Assembly (NCBI GenBank): GCA_963769425.1
Contig: CAVYLP010000006.1
Span: 768,001 to 832,000 of the forward strand
Source of the DNA: Candidatus Bathyarchaeota archaeon
GTDB lineage: Archaea > Thermoproteota > Bathyarchaeia > TCS64
Direction: 5' to 3'
Length of the DNA: 64,000 nt
The translations under genes were made by a program, and so were the position numbers. Under the pieces are notes generated by a model. It made no database searches, had not been told where the DNA came from, and worked only from the letters and a program-made list of their open reading frames with translations. Position 1 is the first letter of the stretch; the number at the start of each line of letters is the position of its first letter. Positions 55,827 to 64,000 of this stretch are shown here, one piece after another.

Positions 55827-56279
55827 TTAAACCTGATTCTCCATGGATCGAGAAGGTCCACGTTCCGACGAGTTTTTTTTCCTCTCCAAAAGTAACTCAT
55901 CAAGTTTGTTCATCATCGATAAAGTAGAGAAGTACCCACCTTGAATTGCATTATTTATAATTATGGATGGGATATCGAATGATTCTAAATCCTCCTCAAG
56001 TTCTGAGATTAGTTTGGATATTTTCTCCTTGACGTAGAGACATGCTCGAAGCTCAAGTTGCATCTCTTTAGCTACTTCGTCAGCTTCTTTGTCAGTGTTC
56101 TCCTCTCCCCAGTACTCTATTCTTCCGTCTTCCCAGAATATTCTCACGCCTTTTCCGCTTGACCTTACTTTGGGGAATATCGGTAATTTCTTTGTTATTT
56201 CAAGCCGGCGTTTCTTTTCTTTTTTATCTTGAATGTTTATTTGTGTAGTTTTTCTGTTTTCCACGGTCTTTTCACACAA
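55827..56279 (-). CDS. Hypothetical protein (AT-rich, Lys/Glu-rich)
   Basis: 150-codon ORF in visibly AT-rich DNA, where a long ORF is unlikely by chance; no motif recognised. Confidence 0.55.
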   Translation of the reverse strand: MCEKTVENRKTTQINIQDKKEKKRRLEITKKLPIFPKVRSSGKGVRIFWEDGRIEYWGEENTDKEADEVAKEMQLELRACLYVKEKISKLISELEEDLESFDIPSIIINNAIQGGYFSTLSMMNKLDELLLERKKNSSERGPSRSMENQV

Positions 56280-56480
56280 CTTTCATACCTCTTCTCAGCG
56301 GACGTGAACTGTTTATCTTTGCTTATCTTTTATTGTAATAACCTAATTAAGGATTATTTATATTTTATGGTAAACCATGGGGTGAATTCGTTATGACTCT
56401 TCTGGAACATATACGCTTTTTACAACCTCTACAGAAGTTTCTTAAACCATGGTCCGCTCATCCTTAACCGCCGGTGAAGC

Positions 56481-57572
56481 TTGATGAAGGCATTAGTCCT
56501 CGCGGGTGGCTTCGGCACTCGCCTTAGACCCTTAAGCTGCACGAGACCAAAGATGCTGTTCCCCATAGGAGACCAGCCTCTCATGGATTGGACGTTGAAG
56601 AACCTCTCACAGGGTGGAGTAGACACGGTCGTGATGGCGGTGAACTACATGGCGGAGGCTCTAGTACGCTATTTGGGTCCAACGAAGTACGACCTCGGCA
56701 TTATCTATAGCCGGGAACAGCGCCCCTTGGGTACGGGTGGCCCCATCAGGAAGGCGAAAGAGCTCCTGAACGGGGAGCCATTTCTCGTCCTAAACGGGGA
56801 TGTTATCACGGATGTCGACTATAGACGCTTGATAGAGTACCACAAGGCGAAGGGTGGCCTCGCGACCCTAGCGCTGACCTCGGTCTCCGATCCGAGCAGG
56901 TACGGAGCCGTCGAACTTGATTGGGAGGGCAGGATAACCCGTTTCGTCGAGAAGCCAGAGAAAGGGAAGGAGCCGAGCAACCTGATCAACGCAGGCATCT
57001 ACGTCCTAGACCCCAAGATATTCGACTACATCCCCGACGGCAGGGCCGTCAGCATTGAGAGAGAGGTATTCCCCGTCCTAGCCAACGAGCGCAAGCTCTA
57101 CGGCTTCGAGTTCCACGGCCTCTGGACGGACATGGGCATACCTGACGACTACCTCAAGGCTAACCAGATTATACTCAGCAAGTACGAGGGCGTGAAGCTC
57201 GGAGAAGGTGCCAAAGTAGACCCAACGGCGAAGCTCTTAGCTCCTTGCTACATTGGTCCAGAAGCCGAGGTAGGTGCGGATAGTCTCATAGGTCCTAATA
57301 CGACCATAAGTGACCACGTCCTCATCGGGAAAGGATGCAGGATAGACAACAGCATCCTCTTCGCGGGAGCCTCTATAGGCGACTACTCCTCGGTGAAGAA
57401 CGCGATAATCGGGGAGAACGCCATCCTTGAGAGGTGGGTCAAGGTCGAGTCGGGCAGCCTCGTGGGCGACTACTCGGTGATACGGGACGGCGTCACCATA
57501 ACCGACGGCGTCAGCATCTGCCCGAGCAAGGAAGTAAGCGAGAGCATACTTGAGCGCCGCCAGGTCATGTGA
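56481..57572 (+). CDS. NDP-sugar synthase (mannose-1-phosphate guanylyltransferase-like) with hexapeptide repeats
   Basis: LAGGFGTRLRPL...PK, PLGTGG, NGD, FVEKP, INAGIY, C-terminal left-handed beta-helix. Confidence 0.92.
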   Translation: MMKALVLAGGFGTRLRPLSCTRPKMLFPIGDQPLMDWTLKNLSQGGVDTVVMAVNYMAEALVRYLGPTKYDLGIIYSREQRPLGTGGPIRKAKELLNGEPFLVLNGDVITDVDYRRLIEYHKAKGGLATLALTSVSDPSRYGAVELDWEGRITRFVEKPEKGKEPSNLINAGIYVLDPKIFDYIPDGRAVSIEREVFPVLANERKLYGFEFHGLWTDMGIPDDYLKANQIILSKYEGVKLGEGAKVDPTAKLLAPCYIGPEAEVGADSLIGPNTTISDHVLIGKGCRIDNSILFAGASIGDYSSVKNAIIGENAILERWVKVESGSLVGDYSVIRDGVTITDGVSICPSKEVSESILERRQVM

Positions 57573-57630
57573 CCGCGGCGCCGGCTCTCTCGCTTCCACC
57601 TTTAATTATTCGGAGACCGGTACTCTAGGC

Positions 57631-58989
57631 ATGGGTCGCCTATTCGGCACGAACGGCGTCGGGGGTCGCGAACAAGGAGCTCACCTCGAGCTCGTGACGC
57701 GCCTCGCTGCCTCATGCGGACACATTTTAGGGAAAAATATCGCCCTCGGCAGGGACGGGAGGGTGACGAGCCCCATGTTCGGGGACACCGCTGCTTCCGG
57801 TCTCATGTCCGCGGGCTGCAACGTCCACGACCTCGGGGTCCTCCCCACGCCCGCCCTCCAGTACGCCGTAAAACATCTCGGACTCGACGGCGGACTCATG
57901 ATAACGGCGAGCCACAACCCGCCAGAGTTCAACGGCGTCAAGGTGATGGCCTCTGATGGTGTCGAGATACCGCGGGGCGTCGAGGACGAGATCGAGGGCA
58001 TCTACTTCTCCGGGGGACCGAAACTCGCCGAGTGGGATCAAGTTGGCACAATGATGAAGAGGGAAGCAATCAGCCTCTACATCGATGCGATTCTCTCCAA
58101 ATCGGAAGTCGACACCATCAAAGTGAAGAAATTCAAGGTGGCCATAGACCCCGGGAACGGCGTCGGGACGCTCGTCGCCCCCACGATCGCCCAGCGCCTC
58201 GGCTGCGAGGTCTACACGGTAAACTCGGAGCTCGACGGCAGGTTCCCCGGTCGCGAGTCAGAACCCCGCCCCGACAACCTCGGGGCGCTCAGGGAGCTCG
58301 TCAAGGCTACAAGCGCGGACATGGGCATCGCCTTCGACGGGGACGCAGACAGGAGCATCTTCCTGAACGAACTGGGTGAGCCCCTCTGGGGTGACCGTAG
58401 TTTTGCCCTTGTCGCCAAGTACTACATGGCTAGTCACAGGAAGGCGAGGGTCGTCACACCCGTCAGCAGCAGCAACGCCATAGTCGACGTCGTAGAGGCC
58501 GCGGGGGGCTCCATCTACTGGACGCGTGTGGGGAGCGTTGACGTGAGTCGGGCGATGGTCGAGAACGGCATCGAGTTCGGCGGGGAGGAGAACGGGGGCG
58601 TCATGTATGGCCCCCACCACCCCGTCAGGGACGGCTCGATGACGATGGCCCTTGTCCTCGGTATCATGGCGGGGGAGGGGAAGCCGCTCAGCGGACTCGT
58701 GGCCGAGCTTCCCACCTATGCACAAGTGAAGGACAGGGTGCGCTGCCCCAACGAGCTGAAGCAGAGGGTCCTTGAGGCACTGCGCACTAAGGTGGCAGCG
58801 CCACGAGTCGACACCATGGACGGTCTCAAGCTCATCTTCGGGGACGGCAGTTGGATACTCGTACGCCCCAGCGGGACAGAGCCAATCTTCAGGCTTTACG
58901 CCGAGGCGGACACGCAGTTCAAGGTCGATGGGCTTGTTTCGGAGAACAAGAGGCTCATCGAAGAGACGGTGAAGTCGCTTAGTGCCTGA
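57631..58989 (+). CDS. Phosphohexomutase (PMM/PGM/GlmM family)
   Basis: LFGT.G, TASHNP, D.DADR, GEE.GG, RPSGTEP; short compensated frameshift near the N-terminus. Confidence 0.93.
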   Translation: MGRLFGTNGVGGREQGAHLELVTRLAASCGHILGKNIALGRDGRVTSPMFGDTAASGLMSAGCNVHDLGVLPTPALQYAVKHLGLDGGLMITASHNPPEFNGVKVMASDGVEIPRGVEDEIEGIYFSGGPKLAEWDQVGTMMKREAISLYIDAILSKSEVDTIKVKKFKVAIDPGNGVGTLVAPTIAQRLGCEVYTVNSELDGRFPGRESEPRPDNLGALRELVKATSADMGIAFDGDADRSIFLNELGEPLWGDRSFALVAKYYMASHRKARVVTPVSSSNAIVDVVEAAGGSIYWTRVGSVDVSRAMVENGIEFGGEENGGVMYGPHHPVRDGSMTMALVLGIMAGEGKPLSGLVAELPTYAQVKDRVRCPNELKQRVLEALRTKVAAPRVDTMDGLKLIFGDGSWILVRPSGTEPIFRLYAEADTQFKVDGLVSENKRLIEETVKSLSA

Positions 58990-59668
58990 GGCTGCGGGCC
59001 AGGTCTAGGAGGGCTACCTGTGGGTCCTTCGCCTTGACAACGCCGCTTGCGACTAGTATCCCCTCTGCCCCCAGCTTTTGGGCGGCCACCACGTCGTCGC
59101 CGTTCGTTATCCCGGCGCCGCATAGTACCCTGATCTTCGAGTTGACGTGCTTTATGGCAGTAACTGCCCCCGAGACTACCTCGGGCCTCGCCTTTGAGAC
59201 TGAGATGCCGCTGCCGATTAGCTCCGGTGGCTCGATGGCGATGGCCTCAGGGGCGAATGCCGCGACCTGCCTTCCCTTCTCGACGGTGTCGACGCAGACG
59301 ACCGTTGAGAGGTCCGCCTCCCGTGCCCGCTTAACGGTGGTCTTGATGACCTCGAGGGGAATCTGCCTCTCGCTGTGGTTGATGAGGGTCCCCACGCAGC
59401 CCGCCTCCGCGACGGACTCGGGGAGGATGTGGCCCGTAAACTGGCCCATGCCGACTGGGTCAACGTGCTGTGCGAAGACCGGGGTCTCGCTGGCGTCGAT
59501 GACTATCTTCGAGTCGGCGAGCTGGGGAGCGAGGGCTATGCTCGTCCCCGTCTTTACGTGGACCTGCTCCGCGATCTTCGCCAGCCTAACGGCGTTCTCC
59601 CCCATCCCCTCCCTGTAGGTCTTGAGGTTGACGAGGATCAGGGGATACTTGACTAGGATTCCCTCCAT
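58979..59668 (-). CDS. tpiA: Triosephosphate isomerase (archaeal type)
   Basis: NLKTY, NHSER, EPPELIG, CGAGI, LVASG. Confidence 0.96.
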   Translation of the reverse strand: MEGILVKYPLILVNLKTYREGMGENAVRLAKIAEQVHVKTGTSIALAPQLADSKIVIDASETPVFAQHVDPVGMGQFTGHILPESVAEAGCVGTLINHSERQIPLEVIKTTVKRAREADLSTVVCVDTVEKGRQVAAFAPEAIAIEPPELIGSGISVSKARPEVVSGAVTAIKHVNSKIRVLCGAGITNGDDVVAAQKLGAEGILVASGVVKAKDPQVALLDLARSLRH

Positions 59669-59716
59669 GCCGGTATCGTTGATTAGAATCCCCCAGCCCC
59701 TTTTGAGCTTTCCCGG

Positions 59717-60682
59717 CTAGGGGCTGACCACGAGCCGGGGCGATGCCCCGGGGGAGAGGGAGAACCCCGACGAATCGAGGGAGTACGTGTAGGTTCCGGG
59801 CTTCGCGGGGACGAAGTTGAAGTCGTAAGTTGAACGGGTGCCGGGGGCCGCTGTGGTCACCTTCGTTATGGTTGCCACGGGCGCCTCTTCCCCCTCGATG
59901 TAGAATCTGCAGGTCACGTTCTGCGTGATCGAGTGAACCCTCGTCGGGTTATCGAGGGCTATCTCAACGAACGTCAGGTCATGCACCTTAGAGGTCGCCG
60001 TTGTCCCATTGGCGTTATACCACCCCGATCTGGTGAGAGTCAGGGTAGGCGGAACGATCAGGGGGTACCTCGTGGTCTTGAAGGGGAGCATGGCCTCGAA
60101 GAAGAGGACGTTGGCCTTAGCGCGCCCGGTGATGGTGACCTCCACCTCCCCGGCGTGTGCCGCGACCGCGTCGCTGACGAGCTTCTTGAAGGCAGCCTCG
60201 TCATCCACGGAGAGTGGGAGGTTTCTGTTCAAGAAGGTTATGTAGCCGACCTTTTCCCGGGTGAAGGTGTATGTGCGGTTCATGACGGTGTGGCCCTCAA
60301 CCTGGAAGGTAAGGTAGACATCGGAGACCTCGGGCTGTGTGACTACGATGGGGCTAAGGGTGACACTGATCAGCCACTTCCTGACGTAGTCTGGGGTCTG
60401 AGTGACGTGGCCCTCGGTGCTCGTGAAGCCTGGAATTGTGATCGCTAGGCCCACGTTGATTGTCCCGTTCCTCCCCTGGATGGCGTCCCTAAGGTAGTTG
60501 GACATCCCCTCCTCCGAGAACTCGAGGTTCACGGCCATCCTATTCAGCTCCCCATAGCTGCTGTATATGTTGCCGATCTGGCGCCCGGCCAGGATGGCGG
60601 TGAATATGATGACCAGCTGGACGAGGCCGATGAGCTCCTCCCTGCTGGCTATCTTCTCCTTGTTCTGCTCCTTATCCGTCAT
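59717..60682 (-). CDS. Membrane-anchored hypothetical protein with beta-rich domains
   Basis: One N-terminal TM helix, Thr/Val-rich beta strands, C-terminal Ig-like pattern (F.F.P..PGTYTY). Confidence 0.7.
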   Translation of the reverse strand: MTDKEQNKEKIASREELIGLVQLVIIFTAILAGRQIGNIYSSYGELNRMAVNLEFSEEGMSNYLRDAIQGRNGTINVGLAITIPGFTSTEGHVTQTPDYVRKWLISVTLSPIVVTQPEVSDVYLTFQVEGHTVMNRTYTFTREKVGYITFLNRNLPLSVDDEAAFKKLVSDAVAAHAGEVEVTITGRAKANVLFFEAMLPFKTTRYPLIVPPTLTLTRSGWYNANGTTATSKVHDLTFVEIALDNPTRVHSITQNVTCRFYIEGEEAPVATITKVTTAAPGTRSTYDFNFVPAKPGTYTYSLDSSGFSLSPGASPRLVVSP

Positions 60683-60911
60683 CGATCTTGAGTTGGTTGA
60701 CGGTCCATATTACACTTCTTAACGAGAGACTAATCCAATGAGGCTGCACCGCGACATAGACAGAAGTTTAAATAAATGAAAGTCTAGGTTAGAAGGGATC
60801 AAAACTCACAGGAAGAATTGAGATCTCTCGCAGACCGTCGGTTCAGCCGAAGCAACGTGTTTTAATAGCCCAAACCGGCTATTCGATCGAAAACTTCGGG
60901 GGGAGCAATCG

Positions 60912-63041
60912 ATGAAGGAACTGAATAACCGCGTACTGGTCACGTCGGCGCTCATCTACGCTAACGGGCCCCTCCACATAGGGCACCTTGTGGAGAACAC
61001 ACAGACAGACATCTACGTCCGATTCCTGAAGCTGAACGGCCACGACGCCTTCTACTGCGGGGCGGAGGACACGCACGGCGCCCCGATCGAGATCGCGGCG
61101 GCGAAGCAGGGCGTCACCCCCGAGCAGTTCATCGACAAGTGGGCCAAGGAGCACAAAGAGGACTACAAGAGGTACCACATCGACTACGACAGCTACTACA
61201 CGACGAACAGCCCCGAAAACAAGGCATATACGGAGCTCATCTTCAAGCGCCTCGTTGACGCGGGGCACATCTACACGAAGGAGATCGAGCTCACATACTG
61301 CGAGCACTGTAAGCGGTACCTCCCCGACAGGTACGTGAAGGGGACGTGCCCGAAGTGCGGGGCGAAGGACCAGTACGGGGACGTCTGCGAGCACTGTAAC
61401 GCCACCTACGCCACCACGGACCTTGTCGAGCCTTACTGCAGCATCTGTGGCTCCACCCCCATTCGGAAGCCGAGCCGCCACTACTTCTTCCGCCTCAACG
61501 ACTTCAGCGACAAGCTACGCGTATGGCTCACGGGGAACAAGAATCTGCAGCCCGAGATCAGGAACCAGATACTAAGCTGGGTGGATCAGGGACTTCAGGA
61601 CTGGTGCATTAGCAGGGACGGCCCATACTTCGGGTTCAAGATACCAGGGGAGGAGGAGAAGTACTTCTACGTCTGGCTCGACGCCCCCATCGGCTACATC
61701 GCCTCAACGGCGAACTACTGCAGGGGCAAGTCCTTCACTGCGGACGACATCTGGCAGACCGACGACTCTACGATAGTCCACGTCATCGGGAAGGACATCA
61801 TCTACTTCCACCTCCTCTTCTGGCCAGCCGTCCTCATGGGCAGCGGCTTCCACGTCCCCGACAACATAGTCGTCCACGGCTTCCTCAACGTCAACGGGGA
61901 GAAGATGAGCAAGAGTAGAGGCACATTCCTCACAGCCAGCGAGTTCGCCGACCTCCTCGACCCCGAGCTCCTCCGCTACTACTACGCCGCCAACCTGAGC
62001 CACACCATGACGGACATCGACCTCGACCTAAAGACCCTACAGGATAAGGTCAACAACGAGCTCGTCAGCAACATAGCCAACCTCGTCTACAGGACCCTCA
62101 GCTTCCTCGACAAGAACTTCGACAGCAAGATCACGACGACGCTCGACAGGGCGCTGCTCGCCGACGTGGCGAAGAAGGCGGAGGGCGTCAGGGACAGCTA
62201 CTACGAACTCAACTTCCGCGAGGCCGTCGCGAAAACACTCGAGATCAGCACAGTCGGCAACAGGTACTTCCAGGACAACAAGCCGTGGGAGCTCGTAAAG
62301 ACAGACAGGGAGAAGGCGCAGAGGGTGCTTACGGACTGCGTGAATATCGTCAAAACGGTGGCGGTCCTCATGAAGCCGATAACTCCTGTCTTCGCCGAGA
62401 GAGTCGAGGAGCAGCTCGGACTCCACGACCTAAAGTGGGCCGACGTGGACTGCGTCGTCGAGAACCACAGCATCGCGGGCGCCAAGATAATCCTCCGCAA
62501 GATTGACCCGATAGTGCTGAAGAAGCCGGGGGAGAAGCAGGAGGAGAAGAGGGAGGAGAAACCCGCAAAACCGAATGGCCCCGCGGCGCTCGACCTACGT
62601 GTCGCGGTCGTCACCGAGATCAATGACCACCCGCAGGCCGACAAACTCTACGTCCTAAAGATCGACCTCGGCTCGGAGCAGAGGCAGCTATGCGCCGGGC
62701 TCAAGCCCTACTACCCGAAGGAGGAGCTGCTCGGGAAGCATTTGGTGGTCGTCACTAACCTGAAGCCCGCGAAGTTGCGTGGCGAGCTGAGTCAGGGGAT
62801 GCTCCTCGCAGCCGACTCGGGGAGCATGGTCGGCGTCCTCAACGCGCCCGACAGCCCCGCGGGGACTCAGGTAACCGCCGAGGGCGTCTCTGGGAAGGGT
62901 GCACCCCAGATCGAGATCGGGGACATCGCAGCCCTCACGCTGGAGGCGAAGACGGGGAAGGCCTACGTCAATGGAAAGCTATTGGCGACCGAGAGGGAGA
63001 CGGTCCGAGTCGACAAGGGCGTAGAGGGCAGGATCAGGTAG
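60912..63041 (+). CDS. metG: Methionine--tRNA ligase with C-terminal tRNA-binding domain
   Basis: HIGH, four CxxC knuckle motifs, YVWLDA, GKDI..FH, KMSKS, EMAP-like HP.ADKL. Confidence 0.97.
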   Translation: MKELNNRVLVTSALIYANGPLHIGHLVENTQTDIYVRFLKLNGHDAFYCGAEDTHGAPIEIAAAKQGVTPEQFIDKWAKEHKEDYKRYHIDYDSYYTTNSPENKAYTELIFKRLVDAGHIYTKEIELTYCEHCKRYLPDRYVKGTCPKCGAKDQYGDVCEHCNATYATTDLVEPYCSICGSTPIRKPSRHYFFRLNDFSDKLRVWLTGNKNLQPEIRNQILSWVDQGLQDWCISRDGPYFGFKIPGEEEKYFYVWLDAPIGYIASTANYCRGKSFTADDIWQTDDSTIVHVIGKDIIYFHLLFWPAVLMGSGFHVPDNIVVHGFLNVNGEKMSKSRGTFLTASEFADLLDPELLRYYYAANLSHTMTDIDLDLKTLQDKVNNELVSNIANLVYRTLSFLDKNFDSKITTTLDRALLADVAKKAEGVRDSYYELNFREAVAKTLEISTVGNRYFQDNKPWELVKTDREKAQRVLTDCVNIVKTVAVLMKPITPVFAERVEEQLGLHDLKWADVDCVVENHSIAGAKIILRKIDPIVLKKPGEKQEEKREEKPAKPNGPAALDLRVAVVTEINDHPQADKLYVLKIDLGSEQRQLCAGLKPYYPKEELLGKHLVVVTNLKPAKLRGELSQGMLLAADSGSMVGVLNAPDSPAGTQVTAEGVSGKGAPQIEIGDIAALTLEAKTGKAYVNGKLLATERETVRVDKGVEGRIR

Positions 63042-63109
63042 TCCAAATCCGCCCTTTTCCCATCTGCTTATTTAAATTTAGGTAGTTCTCAGAGCACCCA
63101 GAGAAAACG

Positions 63110-64000
63110 ATGGCACGCGACCCAGTTTGCGGGATGTACGTTAACGAGGAGCACGCCGCCTTCAAGGTTGAGCGTGGCGGGAAGACCTACTACTTCTGCA
63201 GCGAGGGCTGCATGCTCACCTTCCAGCAGCCCGACAGGGAGCTGAAGAAGCTCAGAAACTTAGCTATCTTCAGTCTGATATTGGGCACGCTGACCTTCAT
63301 CGTCATGTTCGCGGGTGTGTCCCTGCCTCTCCTCCCGATGGAGTGGTGGGCGTTCCTCCTCGCGACCCCCGTCCAGTTCGTGGCTGGGTGGAGGTACTAC
63401 CGAGGCGCGTGGGGTGCGCTGAAGGCCCGTACCGCCAACATGGACACGCTCATAGTCATCGGCTCGACGACCGCGTGGGCATACAGTACTTTCGTCGTGC
63501 TCTTCCCACAGTGGGCGCCGAGCATGGACGTCTACTTCGACGCCTCGGCGCTGATACTCGCCCTCATCCTCATCGGTAAGTACCTTGAGGAGGTCGCGAG
63601 GGGGCGCGCATCCGACGCGGTGCGGAAGCTGCTCGACCTCCAGCCACCCATGGGGAGGATAGTCAGGGAGGACGGCTCCGAGGAGGAGGTCGGCGTCGAG
63701 ACCATCATGCCAATGGATATCCTTCGTGTGAAGCCGGGGGAGCGAATCCCCCTCGACGGAGTAATTGTCGACGGCGCCAGCAGCGTGGACGAGAGCATGA
63801 TCACGGGCGAGAGCGTCCCCGTCTCGAAGAAGGCGGGGGACGAGGTCATCGGCGGCACAATGAACAAGGAGGGGAGCTTCAAGATGGACGTCACCAAGAT
63901 CGGGATGAACACGACCCTCCAGCAGATAGTGCAGATGGTGGAGGAGGCGCAGCTAAGCAAGGCGCCAATACAGCGCTTCGCCGACACCATCGCCGCCTAC
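63110..64000 (+). CDS. copA: Cu-type P1B ATPase with N-terminal YHS domain (3'-partial)
   Basis: Manual translation MARDPVCGM...YYFCSEGC (YHS), ANMDTL, YFD, GKYLE, TGES.PV.K. Confidence 0.88.
   Translation, partial: MARDPVCGMYVNEEHAAFKVERGGKTYYFCSEGCMLTFQQPDRELKKLRNLAIFSLILGTLTFIVMFAGVSLPLLPMEWWAFLLATPVQFVAGWRYYRGAWGALKARTANMDTLIVIGSTTAWAYSTFVVLFPQWAPSMDVYFDASALILALILIGKYLEEVARGRASDAVRKLLDLQPPMGRIVREDGSEEEVGVETIMPMDILRVKPGERIPLDGVIVDGASSVDESMITGESVPVSKKAGDEVIGGTMNKEGSFKMDVTKIGMNTTLQQIVQMVEEAQLSKAPIQRFADTIAAY

Noticed and set aside
489-63990. Many long antisense or alternate-frame ORFs (e.g. 1590-2681 -, 6702-7466 -, 53052-53798 -)
   Set aside because: They shadow well-supported genes, have no motifs and are expected in GC-rich DNA with strong third-position bias.

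Overview
Gene-dense, GC-rich archaeal chromosome segment. The aIF-1A/Rio1/KH/topoisomerase VI cluster, archaeal-type TPI and MetRS, PDCD5-like and HTH_10 proteins and frequent TTG/GTG starts fit a Bathyarchaeia-like organism (inference, not searched). About 60 CDS; no tRNA, rRNA, CRISPR array or transposase recognised. The main theme is Mo/W chemistry: a ThDP enzyme-M20 deacylase-ferredoxin-AOR run; two convergent xanthine-dehydrogenase-family L-M-S trimers bracketing a stand-alone DMSO-reductase-family enzyme, XdhC and a MocA-like gene; and a divergent tupABC / moaA-D-E-C-B-moeA locus. Also present are kynureninase, an ACMSD-like amidohydrolase, a class III CoA transferase, glycerol kinase, pyruvate kinase and two P1B ATPases. 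Many genes, including top6B, are broken by 1-bp indels that look like long-read errors. The best unexplained signals are three structured intergenic segments just downstream of TATA-like boxes (21.93-22.11 kb, 45.27-45.34 kb, metG leader), several operator-like palindromes, apparent CTG/ACG start codons and an acidic tail on Top6B. All identifications come from motif recognition by eye.
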